From Pyrinomonadaceae bacterium (GTDB taxonomy: Bacteria > Acidobacteriota > Blastocatellia > Pyrinomonadales > Pyrinomonadaceae), in assembly GCA_036522475.1 (NCBI GenBank), contig DATDFT010000076.1:1-61614 (forward strand): 61,614 bases of DNA, read 5' to 3'. Both the position numbers and the translations under genes were made by a program. Positions 1-8,777 of this stretch are shown one piece after another (the stretch's first letter is position 1; each line of letters starts with the position of its first letter). Under the pieces are notes generated by a model. It was given only the letters and a program-made list of their open reading frames with translations. It was not told the DNA's origin and ran no database searches.

Positions 1-458
1 AGGACCTGCACTATCTTCGCTTCCAAATTACCGAAGGCCTCGCTGAAGACACCGGGATGCTTTGTCCTGATCTCGTTGAGCACCGCGCCCAGTTCTCCAT
101 TCGACAACGTGAAACCGATGATGCCCCACGTAATGCCGGCGCCATCGAAATTCCCTACGGCTTTGGTAAAGCCAGTACCTTCAAAGTCGGCTGTCAGCTG
201 CAAACAACGCTGCTTCAGGTCGGGAACTGGAGAAGACATCAACTTCTGCCACGTCTGATCGTCAACTTTGCCGGTGACCGGAAGTTGGTTTTGTTGCTGA
301 AAGCTTCGCACCGCGGCTTCGGTATTTCCGCCGAAGACGCCGTCGTCTTTGTCGTGCAGAAAGCCGGCGCTGATCAGCGCTTGCTGCATCTTCTTAATAA
401 CTTCGCCCTGAACGGTCCGAAAACCGCTGGGCGCGCGTTGAAAAATTATGCGTGGCAT
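1..458 (-). CDS. Peptidoglycan-binding (PG_binding_1-type) domain protein, N-terminal part; the gene runs off the window start
   Basis: Not in the supplied ORF track because it is open at the window edge. My minus-strand translation from the ATG at 458 reads MPRIIFQRAPSGFRTVQGEVIKKMQQALISAGFLHDKDDGVFGGNTEAAVRSFQQQNQLPVTGKVDDQTWQKL. This fits the G-x-V..Q..L...DG-x-FG-x-T..AV..FQ pattern of PG-binding repeats. The plus ORF 57..476 is its antisense shadow. Confidence 0.6.
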   Translation of the reverse strand, partial: MPRIIFQRAPSGFRTVQGEVIKKMQQALISAGFLHDKDDGVFGGNTEAAVRSFQQQNQLPVTGKVDDQTWQKLMSSPVPDLKQRCLQLTADFEGTGFTKAVGNFDGAGITWGIIGFTLSNGELGAVLNEIRTKHPGVFSEAFGNLEAKIVQV

Positions 459-694
459 GTTGAATCCTTTCGTTGAAAGAACCGGTCGTCTATTTCCTGT
501 GCTCATTCTCGCTCACGCTTATCGGTCTGATTGCTGAACGCCGTTGAGAACGGCGAAACCATGTACGCGAGAACCGCTTTGATTGATATGAGTGCGGCGC
601 CGGAAATATTTCAGATGTGAAGAGAGTTGGTTTATTAACTGCCGTATTATTTGGCGTCAGACATTGCATCAGAGATGATGTTTTTCCGCAGCAA

Positions 695-2263
695 TCAGAA
701 ATCTGCGACATTAAGTCTCGCGCCTGTGACCGTCTTGCCTTGCAGTGAAGGAGTAGGGATAGCGCTTTCCAGCAGCGCCCTTCGAATATCTTCTGCAGTC
801 GCGGCGGGATGTGTAGACGCGTATAACGCCGCAGCTCCAGTGATGTGCGGTGTCGCCTGTGAGGTACCACTGAGAGAATCGTAGCTGTTCGGCGGGATTG
901 TTGAAATGATCTCGGCGCCTGGAGCGCCGATATGCACTGACGTTCGTCCGAAATTCGAGAAACTGGCGAGGTTGCCGAACCGGTCGATAGCGGCGACTGC
1001 AATCACGCTGTTAAAGTTGACTCCGGGAGTTCCGCCCGCAGCCTGCGTATCTTTGCGCGTATCATAGGATGCCGGGTAAACCGGCGCCCGGTCATTATCG
1101 GTTCGGGAATTTCCCGCCGCAGCAATAAACAAAATGCCGGATCGCGCCGCCTGCTTAATTGCTTCGAGTAGCAATTGATCGTAGGGTGTGCCGTCCCAGG
1201 AGTTGTTTATTGCGACCACATTAACACCGCGCTCTTTCAAGCTCACAAAGAAATTGATCGCTTCAACGAGCCGGTCGGTGGGTGCATCCGTAGTGCCAAA
1301 AACCTTTGCCGTAATAATGCTAACGTACCAGTTGAGTCCGACCACACCAAGATCATTTCCTCCCGTTGCGCCAATCGTCCCGGCGACGTGCGTACCGTGG
1401 TCGTCACTGTTTTCCGCGTCATAGACGCTTCCCTTGCGATGCGCGAAGTCCCAGCCGTTAACGTCATCCACTAACCCGTCTCCGTCGTCATCTTTGCCAT
1501 TCGTACTTTTGTCCTGGCCGTTTCCATCCATGCCGGTTTCGCCGGAATTAGTCCAAATATTTGCCTCGAGGTCGGGATGATCCACTTGAACTCCACCATC
1601 AATGATGCCGACGGCGACCGCCCGCGACCCGACGTGTCCTTTGAACCATGCCTTTTCGGCTTGCGAGCCGAAAGCGCTGGTGGTTGGATTGGGGCCGATC
1701 GGTACGGGCAGGTCATCTCCGAACATACCCCAGAGAGCGCCCCTAACATATTCGGTATCGTTCGAGACATTTTGCTGAAGTGAATAGATCCAGTTCTTTT
1801 GGACGAACTTCACTCCCGCTTTGCCACGCAGCTTCGCGATTGCTTCATCCGGGCTTTCATCAGCTGGGAGATCCACCACTAAAAGGTCGCCCTCTCGCGG
1901 ATTATCAATGCTTCGGGTTATCGCCAAGTTGACCTGCGTGGCCTGGACGGTTTCCTGGACCTCAGCTCGGAGGCGTTCATTCTTTTGTTTCGCGGCGCTG
2001 AGGTCCCCAAGGCCTAGACGCATACGGGTGTCCTCTCGGGATTCAAGCTTTACCAAGACTTGATTCGGCACATACCGCGGCTCACGTGCGAGCTTCGGCG
2101 ACATTTCGCGTGAGCGCCATCGGACTCTTCTGGATCGTGATGTCGCGGGTTTGCCTTTAGGAGGACGGTTAGTTGTTTGATTCTGCGCACCCGTAAGCGG
2201 AACCAAAATAGCCAATATCACCAGCAATGCGATGATCGCAAACACGCCTTTAGGCTGCTTCAT
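695..2263 (-). CDS. Secreted subtilisin-like (S8) serine protease
   Basis: 522-aa ORF with an N-terminal hydrophobic signal (VFAIIALLVILAILVPLTGA). Triad motifs are VGIIDGGV (Asp), DHGTHVAGTIGA (His) and GTSQATPHITGAAAL (Ser). Confidence 0.9.
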   Translation of the reverse strand: MKQPKGVFAIIALLVILAILVPLTGAQNQTTNRPPKGKPATSRSRRVRWRSREMSPKLAREPRYVPNQVLVKLESREDTRMRLGLGDLSAAKQKNERLRAEVQETVQATQVNLAITRSIDNPREGDLLVVDLPADESPDEAIAKLRGKAGVKFVQKNWIYSLQQNVSNDTEYVRGALWGMFGDDLPVPIGPNPTTSAFGSQAEKAWFKGHVGSRAVAVGIIDGGVQVDHPDLEANIWTNSGETGMDGNGQDKSTNGKDDDGDGLVDDVNGWDFAHRKGSVYDAENSDDHGTHVAGTIGATGGNDLGVVGLNWYVSIITAKVFGTTDAPTDRLVEAINFFVSLKERGVNVVAINNSWDGTPYDQLLLEAIKQAARSGILFIAAAGNSRTDNDRAPVYPASYDTRKDTQAAGGTPGVNFNSVIAVAAIDRFGNLASFSNFGRTSVHIGAPGAEIISTIPPNSYDSLSGTSQATPHITGAAALYASTHPAATAEDIRRALLESAIPTPSLQGKTVTGARLNVADF

Positions 2264-2406
2264 ATTGCCTCGCTTTGCGGAGAGTGGTGACTCGGTACAG
2301 CCGTCCGTGTCTTCATCACTGTCTCAAAGTCACCCAACTGGTCCGAAACGGATGCTAATGCGGCTTTGCGTTGGGCCGGAAGGTGGGCGCTGCAATGATT
2401 GAACCG

Positions 2407-3264
2407 TTATCCGAGTGGCCCGTCTCCATCGGCCATCGTGATTCCTCCGCATTTGAAGGGATTAATGGTTTCTTGGGGAGGACGATTCGGCGAGGGTTCG
2501 AGCGGATCAGTTAATCGAAGCGCTCGGCACTCAAGCACCGGAATACCGGGAAAGAGTAAGGCATAGTAGGCTTGAAAATGATCAACGCCATTAGTATGCG
2601 CGTGGTGCGGCATCACGTTTTCGATTGCCACTGTAAATTGAATTGTCGGGTTGTGGTCAATCCTAAAAATCACGGTGCTGCCCACGCGAAGAACCAGCGC
2701 TTCACCCGGCCGAAGACTCACATCCAACTCCGCGGTCTCACCGATGAACCCAAAGTGTTGGACAGTTGGACGAGCAACGAGGCCAGTCAGGAAGTCAATG
2801 CCGTCGGTTTTGAATTTCGTTGTGAGCGTTCCGTTGGTCATACGGATAACGGGTTTAAGACGGCCGGGGATTAGCGATGCCGAAGGATGTAATGCATTTA
2901 TGTCCAGCAGCCAGCCGAAATCGTGCTGGTTGGGATCGGGATCGTCATGATTGTTCGGTCCGGTCCCCTGGCGCGCAATGCCTGGGCGGATGTTCCCAGC
3001 GGAATCTACAACGTCGAGATTCCACTCATTACCCTTCGCGAGGAAGCTGGCGATTTGCGCTTCGTCAACCACTAAACTGCGAGGGCCGCTGGGGTTCGGA
3101 TTGGGTGTCACCGTAATGTTCGAGAAATGATCTGGAATTCCCGGTAACCCTATCGAAGCCATGTTTTTGGTCGGCATTATGCCGACGTCAAATAGATTTC
3201 CACGCCGATCCCTGCGAAAAACCATTAGACCTTCAAATGTAACGGTAACTGGGGCGTCTGCCAT
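2407..3264 (-). CDS. Hypothetical protein (285 aa), no assignable domain
   Basis: Long ORF co-directional between the CHAT gene and the S8 protease gene. I recognise no motif in it. Confidence 0.55.
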   Translation of the reverse strand: MADAPVTVTFEGLMVFRRDRRGNLFDVGIMPTKNMASIGLPGIPDHFSNITVTPNPNPSGPRSLVVDEAQIASFLAKGNEWNLDVVDSAGNIRPGIARQGTGPNNHDDPDPNQHDFGWLLDINALHPSASLIPGRLKPVIRMTNGTLTTKFKTDGIDFLTGLVARPTVQHFGFIGETAELDVSLRPGEALVLRVGSTVIFRIDHNPTIQFTVAIENVMPHHAHTNGVDHFQAYYALLFPGIPVLECRALRLTDPLEPSPNRPPQETINPFKCGGITMADGDGPLG

Positions 3265-3386
3265 CTTCGTTCTCCTTTTCGGGATAGTTCTGATGTAAAT
3301 GATCGCAAAGGGAAATTCATTTCAATTCCCAATCGCGTCGGCGCGAACTTTCGACGAATGACTGTCTTTGCCCAGTTCGGTAGAGG

Positions 3387-6300
3387 CTAAAACGTCGAAT
3401 AGCCGCCCTGAATTACAAAGGAAGCCCAAAAATACGGATGACGCACGCGCGGATCTGCCGAAGTGATTAGATCCAGTTGAGCCTGTTGCAGAGCGCGCGC
3501 GCTTGAATAGTGGTCCAGTGCTCGATGCTGGTGGAACTTTATCATTAAGTCCGACGTGGCCTCTGACTCGACGGGCCACAAACTGGCAACCACCACGGGC
3601 ACGCCCGCCACGAGAAAACTCCGAGCCAGACTAAAAGTTCCTTCTCCACGATAATAACGGCCGGCTCCCGTTTCACACGCACTGAGCACAACCAGGTGCG
3701 TCGAAGGCAACGCCAGATTGCCAATTTCTGAAGCCTCAAGAGTGCTGTAACCATCACCAATTGCGCTGGCGTCTTTCGCCAATATTAATTTCGAATGCAT
3801 TTCAGCCTGGTAGTCTTCGATCGCATGTAGCGCCAGATGCACCACCTCCGCATGCAATAGGCTTTTCATCACCACCTGTTTGGTCGCATCACTGCCAACC
3901 ACCAGTTTTGAATTCGGATAAAAACCCGCAATAGTGTGTGCCTCAGTTTGTGCCGTTGGCAGGTAATTGAGTGTTGGATACATGGCTGCATCGAAAGCCG
4001 GATTGCCAACACTGAGCACTCTCTCAGATTGACCCAGATTAAGCGCAGCCGCCTCTTTCGACTTAAGGATGAACAGTGACGCGCTCGGCGCATAGACAAT
4101 TGGGTAATCCTGGATGAGATATCTATTGTTATCTGAGATTAATGCGCTAAACGGAAGTTGATTCAGCGATTTGTCTGAAACGATCACTAATTGTTTTGAG
4201 GGGTCAAGTAGGTCGGTGACCGGCGCAATCAAGACGGCGAACAAGTCATGGCCCAGGGCGACACTATCAGCTCCTGAGCCGGGACTGGCTATCGACGTAA
4301 GATAGGTGTGAACCTTCTCGTCCAGCGTGGCTTCGGAAATGTTGGAGGTGCGCGCTTGGAGGAACTGCCTGTTGAGAACCCAGATTAAAGTACGATCCGG
4401 CAGTACGCTGTAAGCGACAATCTGGCTGTTCGGTGGAAGAGTTTGTTGAATCTCGGTACGGCTCAAGGGAAGTGAAACAGGTCGTTTCGCGGCGTCGTTA
4501 CGACTGCTGCCTGCGGTGCCGCTCTGGCCGCGCAGTACTAAATCCAGCAGCGACCGCGCGCGCGATGCTTCCGCAAGGTCAAATGCGCTTTCGATGTCAT
4601 GCAGCTGCGCATATAAAAAACTGATTCCCAGATCGTAGACGTTCTGCTCGACATCAAAAAATCGATATCGATTTTCGCCTTCGAAAATCGTCGACCGGTT
4701 CTTCTCGACCAGATCGAGGACATTCTTCAATTCGGCGGAGGCGAGCGCTGGGTTTGCCTGGGTGATGTAACAACTGAGTCTTCCCTTATAGGCCTGGTAA
4801 AGCTGCGTTAAGAATTTTAAATTCGTATATAAATCGATTGCCTGATCATAACTTCTCAACGCATCCTCGCAGCGGCCCTGTTCGCGGTAGAGATGGCCGG
4901 ATTGCAGCACCGAATAAGCCATCATTTCCTTGCCGCTTGGTTCATCGGCGTGTGCAGACGCCGTATCATAAGCAAAAGCAGTGTTTCGCAATCCCTCACC
5001 AAAGTTACCGGCTTTGCCGTACATCAGACCTAAGTGTGCATAGGACAGACTGATCGTCGAAACGTCGTCTGTTGTAGAAGAGCGACGCGCAGCCTCGCGT
5101 TGGGTGTCGATGGCCGCAGCGTTGAATCCGGCGGAGTATAGAGCCAACGCGGTGATCGCATAGTGTCTCCACAATTTGATCGGATTGAATGGACAGCAGC
5201 TGACGAGTGTTTGGCTCTTGGCAATTGAATTCAATGCTTCCGAATAGTTGTTTACCGAGCGATAGAGTTCTGTAAGCTGATCTTGCGCATCAAAAATGCC
5301 GATCTCATCGCCTATTTGCTCAGCCAAAATAGCGGCCCGATTGGAGTAATCAATTGCCAGGGAGTATTCCTTCAGGTTGTACTTGGCTGCCGCGGTACGC
5401 TGAAGCGTTTTCATTGTGAGCCATCTGTAATTTCGTTCTTTGCAAACAGCCGCCAGCCGCGTAAAGATCGCCAGGCCGCGTTCGGTATCCAGCCCCTCGA
5501 GATAACAATAACCGGCCCAGAATATAGCGTGATTTTGCTGAACCTCATCTCCTGATTCACGGAACGCTAGCGCCGCCTCTTCAAAAACTGTCGCCGCCTG
5601 CTGAAGATGTGATTGAGCGTACAAAGCATAGCCGCGTTTCATCGATTCGCAGGCGGCGACAACTCTGGTTAATCGATCGACGGGCAACGATCGAAATGAA
5701 GCGGCGACGTCTGCTTCGTAATGATCGTTGGCTTTGCGAATGGAGAGTGCACCAACATAAGCCAGTGCTGATAAATCGCTCGCGGCTTCGTCGCGCTGGC
5801 CAGCAGTGGCATGGACGAGATATGAATCCACCAGTTGCTGAAAAATACTTACGCCGGAAAGGTCATCGCGGCTGATATTGACGAGTTCCCAAACCTTGTC
5901 ATCCTGATTAGATCGATACGCAACATAAAAAGCATTCAGCAAATTGTCTTTAGTTTTACTCGAGCTTTCCTGCAGTGCCTGCAAGTGTTTCAGTTTCTGC
6001 CGGGCCTCGACCGCCCACGGTGAAACCGAATCAAGTTGTAGATATTCACGCCAGTCATCTTCAGCCTGAGCCAACAATCCCATTTGCTCGTGACAAATGG
6101 CACGATTAAAAAGCGCCGGCAGCAAATCCGGCTTCAGCTCGAGCGCTTTTTGCAGATACTCCAAACTTCGTGCCAGCCCTTCAAGTCCGTTTCCATTCCG
6201 AGAAACTTGTAAACTTAGTTTTGCCTTCTCTAACCACGCCGCGCCCAAGTCGCTGTAGGTTTCCGCGTTGTTCGGATCACCTTTGAGACTTTCATTGAAT

Positions 6301-7037
6301 TCGTCAATCGCTTTGTCGAAGTCCTTCTTCGCCAAATAAACCTTTCCGAGCGCGTGGTGCACCGCGGGACTTGGTTTAGTCTCCAATTCGTTTAGCAGCG
6401 TGAGTTCTGCCCGACTCAATTTGTTGCGGTCGATTCGTTCATCACCAGGGCCGCGAGTCACCAAATAGGGGGCGTAATCGAAGCTGGAAATGCGCGATTC
6501 GACAGGTCGTTGTTCACGATACGCAGAGTTCAGCGCAAGTAGACCTTCGTCAACTGCTGACTTGTGAATAAACAGATACCATGCTCCGAACCCAACCGCG
6601 AGCACGACCGCCGCAAAAGCGACAGCCCGCCAGGATGAGGCAAAGAAAGCTCGCGGCGAAGTCCACCAGGTAAAAGACTTAGTTTTCGGAGGAATGGGTG
6701 GCTGCGCGTCGGCCGGTGCGAGATCGACTGACGATGAAACTTCTCCGGAAATAACCGGACCCTCGCGGGAAAGATACTGGCGAAAAGTGCGGCCAAACCT
6801 TAGCTGATCCAGCCTGTCTGGGGTAGAAAGAAAATGATTCTCTAGCGCTCTGCGATCTTCGACGGTCAGGATTTCGGCGAGATAGTCCTCGATCAACTCG
6901 TCTTCGGCTGCCAGCAACTCGTCGAAGATTTCGTCTTTAAGCAGGAATTCCTTTTCGAACGCTTCAGCAGTTTGATCATCCAGCTGCCCTAGCAGATATC
7001 GTCGGAGGTCTTTTTGTAACTCTGAACCCGGCGTCAT
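3387..7037 (-). CDS. Membrane-spanning anti-sigma-like / TPR / CHAT (caspase-like) protease, 1216 aa
   Basis: The N-terminal helical region is LRRYLLGQLDDQTAEAFEKEFLLKDEIFDELLAAEDELIEDYL, followed by one TM helix (AVAFAAVVLAVGFGAWYLFI). A long TPR-like middle follows (e.g. ALGKVYLAKKDFDKAIDEFNESLKGDPNNAETYSDLG). The C-terminal CHAT domain has the His/Cys dyad motifs VVHLALHAIED and HLVVLSACETGAG. Confidence 0.9.
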   Translation of the reverse strand: MTPGSELQKDLRRYLLGQLDDQTAEAFEKEFLLKDEIFDELLAAEDELIEDYLAEILTVEDRRALENHFLSTPDRLDQLRFGRTFRQYLSREGPVISGEVSSSVDLAPADAQPPIPPKTKSFTWWTSPRAFFASSWRAVAFAAVVLAVGFGAWYLFIHKSAVDEGLLALNSAYREQRPVESRISSFDYAPYLVTRGPGDERIDRNKLSRAELTLLNELETKPSPAVHHALGKVYLAKKDFDKAIDEFNESLKGDPNNAETYSDLGAAWLEKAKLSLQVSRNGNGLEGLARSLEYLQKALELKPDLLPALFNRAICHEQMGLLAQAEDDWREYLQLDSVSPWAVEARQKLKHLQALQESSSKTKDNLLNAFYVAYRSNQDDKVWELVNISRDDLSGVSIFQQLVDSYLVHATAGQRDEAASDLSALAYVGALSIRKANDHYEADVAASFRSLPVDRLTRVVAACESMKRGYALYAQSHLQQAATVFEEAALAFRESGDEVQQNHAIFWAGYCYLEGLDTERGLAIFTRLAAVCKERNYRWLTMKTLQRTAAAKYNLKEYSLAIDYSNRAAILAEQIGDEIGIFDAQDQLTELYRSVNNYSEALNSIAKSQTLVSCCPFNPIKLWRHYAITALALYSAGFNAAAIDTQREAARRSSTTDDVSTISLSYAHLGLMYGKAGNFGEGLRNTAFAYDTASAHADEPSGKEMMAYSVLQSGHLYREQGRCEDALRSYDQAIDLYTNLKFLTQLYQAYKGRLSCYITQANPALASAELKNVLDLVEKNRSTIFEGENRYRFFDVEQNVYDLGISFLYAQLHDIESAFDLAEASRARSLLDLVLRGQSGTAGSSRNDAAKRPVSLPLSRTEIQQTLPPNSQIVAYSVLPDRTLIWVLNRQFLQARTSNISEATLDEKVHTYLTSIASPGSGADSVALGHDLFAVLIAPVTDLLDPSKQLVIVSDKSLNQLPFSALISDNNRYLIQDYPIVYAPSASLFILKSKEAAALNLGQSERVLSVGNPAFDAAMYPTLNYLPTAQTEAHTIAGFYPNSKLVVGSDATKQVVMKSLLHAEVVHLALHAIEDYQAEMHSKLILAKDASAIGDGYSTLEASEIGNLALPSTHLVVLSACETGAGRYYRGEGTFSLARSFLVAGVPVVVASLWPVESEATSDLMIKFHQHRALDHYSSARALQQAQLDLITSADPRVRHPYFWASFVIQGGYSTF

Positions 7038-7082
7038 AGGAGCTGGCCCTTCAGGTCGGGAGCGACCTCTAATCGATATGGA

Positions 7083-7676
7083 TTACATGTTGAATTCATT
7101 TCTCTGTTTGCGCGCGGCAACGCACTCCTGCACGCATTTCCTAAGAGTTTGCTTGATGCGGCAGGCGCGAATTCGCAGCGCGTTTATGGCGATGCCCATT
7201 GTAGTCGCCATTTGTTCATGTTGCTCGATCTTTGCGCGACCCTGCTGTTGGTAATAGTTCACGACGAGCGTTCGTTCACTTATGCGGAGCACCTCGAGGC
7301 AGTGCAACAGACATTCATACTGCGTGTTGTCGTCATTATCCTCCGTGACAATCGGCATAACCACAGGGTCCTGATTAACCATCTTCCGTCGGCTTGCTAT
7401 TGTCCGCCGCTCGGCGAAAACGTATTGCGCGACCTTAAAAAAATAGAGAGCAGGATCGCCTTCCCAGTTGTTGATGATCTCAGAAAGTTTGGAGGCGACG
7501 CGATTGATGGTTTCATCCGCGAGTTCTTCGGCTTCCTGGCAGCCGCGGCTGGTGAAAATTTTGATTAACTTCAGGCGAATGGTTTCATACTTCTGGCCGG
7601 CGCGCTCCCGATCGGGATCGAGCCAATCGAGCAGTGTGTCAAACAGTTCTTGAGTTAACACCCACCCTTTTTTCAT
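7083..7676 (-). CDS. ECF-type sigma-70 family RNA polymerase sigma factor
   Basis: 197 aa. The N-terminus LLDWLDPDRERAGQKYETIRLKLIKIFTSRGCQEAEELADETINRV and the C-terminal HTH-like MATTMGIAINALRIRACRIKQTLRK match a sigma region 2 / region 4 layout. It lies 45 nt upstream of the anti-sigma-like CHAT gene. Confidence 0.7.
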   Translation of the reverse strand: MKKGWVLTQELFDTLLDWLDPDRERAGQKYETIRLKLIKIFTSRGCQEAEELADETINRVASKLSEIINNWEGDPALYFFKVAQYVFAERRTIASRRKMVNQDPVVMPIVTEDNDDNTQYECLLHCLEVLRISERTLVVNYYQQQGRAKIEQHEQMATTMGIAINALRIRACRIKQTLRKCVQECVAARKQRNEFNM

Positions 7677-8092
7677 TTAAGCAAATCGAACTGTTGGAAA
7701 CGCGTCGCTGCCGGAACGCTGGATTTCTTGGTTGTCGATGTATTCAGGACAGAACCGGAAGTAATTCTTTACGCCATCTCGCGGTTTCTTCTCAGAAGAA
7801 CACGCGCAGAGTAGGAGCGTTAATGAACAAAGTCAATGGTGACACCAGCATAAGGGACGGACGCGGCATCAGTAAGGCAGCATCAACGAGGCCGTCGCAC
7901 GAACCCTATTGTCTGCGCCAGTCGTTTGAGTGATACTTACCGCAACTCCTGACATTCAGCTCCGCAGCCCAGACAGCTCGATGATCACCGGCCGTTGGCT
8001 GGCAGGAGGAGACTCCTCCCGTGGCTACCACGGAGCCAGGTGTTTTGACCCGGCACGCCTGCTCCTTCAATCTGACCAAAAGGAGATCTCAA

Positions 8093-8362
8093 ATGACTTT
8101 GCGAAGAAGAATTCAAATCCTCGCTGTTGCTATAGTTCTCTCAACTGTATTACTTGCCTCTGACGTGGCGAAACCCGCAACAACGTTTACGTTCGAGGGC
8201 TGCTGGACACGGTACCAAGTGGACCCGTGCCTCGATGTCTTCCGTGATGACCAGGGCAATTACTGGATTTGCAAGGCCTGCGGAACAACCACTAATCCGG
8301 GTCCAAACAAGTGTACCTTAACCAACTTAACAGCGCTTTCGAGAGGCTTTTGGTGCTCGTAG
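8093..8362 (+). CDS. Small secreted Cys-rich protein (89 aa, 6 Cys)
   Basis: Internal Met 25 of ORF 8021..8362 is preceded by AAAGGAGA. It has a signal-like N-terminus (MTLRRRIQILAVAIVLSTVLLASD). The mature part has 6 Cys (GCW..PC..ICKAC..KC..WCS). Confidence 0.45.
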   Translation: MTLRRRIQILAVAIVLSTVLLASDVAKPATTFTFEGCWTRYQVDPCLDVFRDDQGNYWICKACGTTTNPGPNKCTLTNLTALSRGFWCS

Positions 8363-8744
8363 GCATTCGACAAATTAAGGCACACGAAACTTGCACTTCG
8401 ACCGTCCGAGTTTCGTTTGGTTGAAGTGTGACTCGTTGCGCCGTAGACATCCGCGCGCGGACGTATGCGTCGAGCGGAACGGTGGGTTCGTCCTTCAGTG
8501 ACCACGCAACTGTGACGTACTCACCGGGCGCGAGCCGTAGCGAAAATCTTCCTTCAGCGTCCGCGCGCGCGATTTCCCAGAGCGAATGCGTGCCCCACTC
8601 GCGCTGGTCTGCCCGAAACAACAACACGCCAGCCCCCGCGACACTTTCCGAACTCGCCCACAACGCGTCCTTCGTCTGCAGCGCAGAGAATACGAGCGCG
8701 AAGTAAACCTTAGTGGTATATCTAGTGAACCAGATCCAAAGCAT
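8292..8744 (-). CDS. Small secreted protein with a CarboxypepD_reg-like beta-sandwich (150 aa)
   Basis: Only the C-terminal 150 aa of ORF 8292..9158 look protein-like (MLWIWFTRYTTKVYFALVFSALQ... GVLLFRADQ...ADAEGRFSLRLAPGEYVTVAW). The longer N-terminal extension overlaps the amidohydrolase gene on the other strand. The 3' end overlaps 8093..8362 by 71 nt, so one of the two may be spurious. Confidence 0.4.
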   Translation of the reverse strand: MLWIWFTRYTTKVYFALVFSALQTKDALWASSESVAGAGVLLFRADQREWGTHSLWEIARADAEGRFSLRLAPGEYVTVAWSLKDEPTVPLDAYVRARMSTAQRVTLQPNETRTVEVQVSCALICRMPTSTKSLSKALLSWLRYTCLDPD

Positions 8745-8777
8745 CTGTGGTGTAATTGTGCACCCGAGGAGAGACTC

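Noticed and set aside
57-476. Plus-strand 139-aa ORF at the window start
   Set aside because: It is the antisense shadow of a clearly protein-like minus-strand frame (the PG-binding motif protein, 1..458). The plus-strand peptide has no domain features.
7713-7740. GGAAC-N17-TCGA as an ECF-type promoter pointing towards the Cys-rich peptide gene
   Set aside because: The -10 part is weak, the distance to the gene is ~350 nt, and ECF promoter motifs are group-specific. There is not enough evidence for the call.
7990-8075. Stem-rich leader (GGAGGAGACTCCTCC, GTGGCTACCAC) upstream of 8093 as a riboswitch
   Set aside because: I could not match it to any riboswitch consensus I know. Short GC hairpins are frequent in this sequence.
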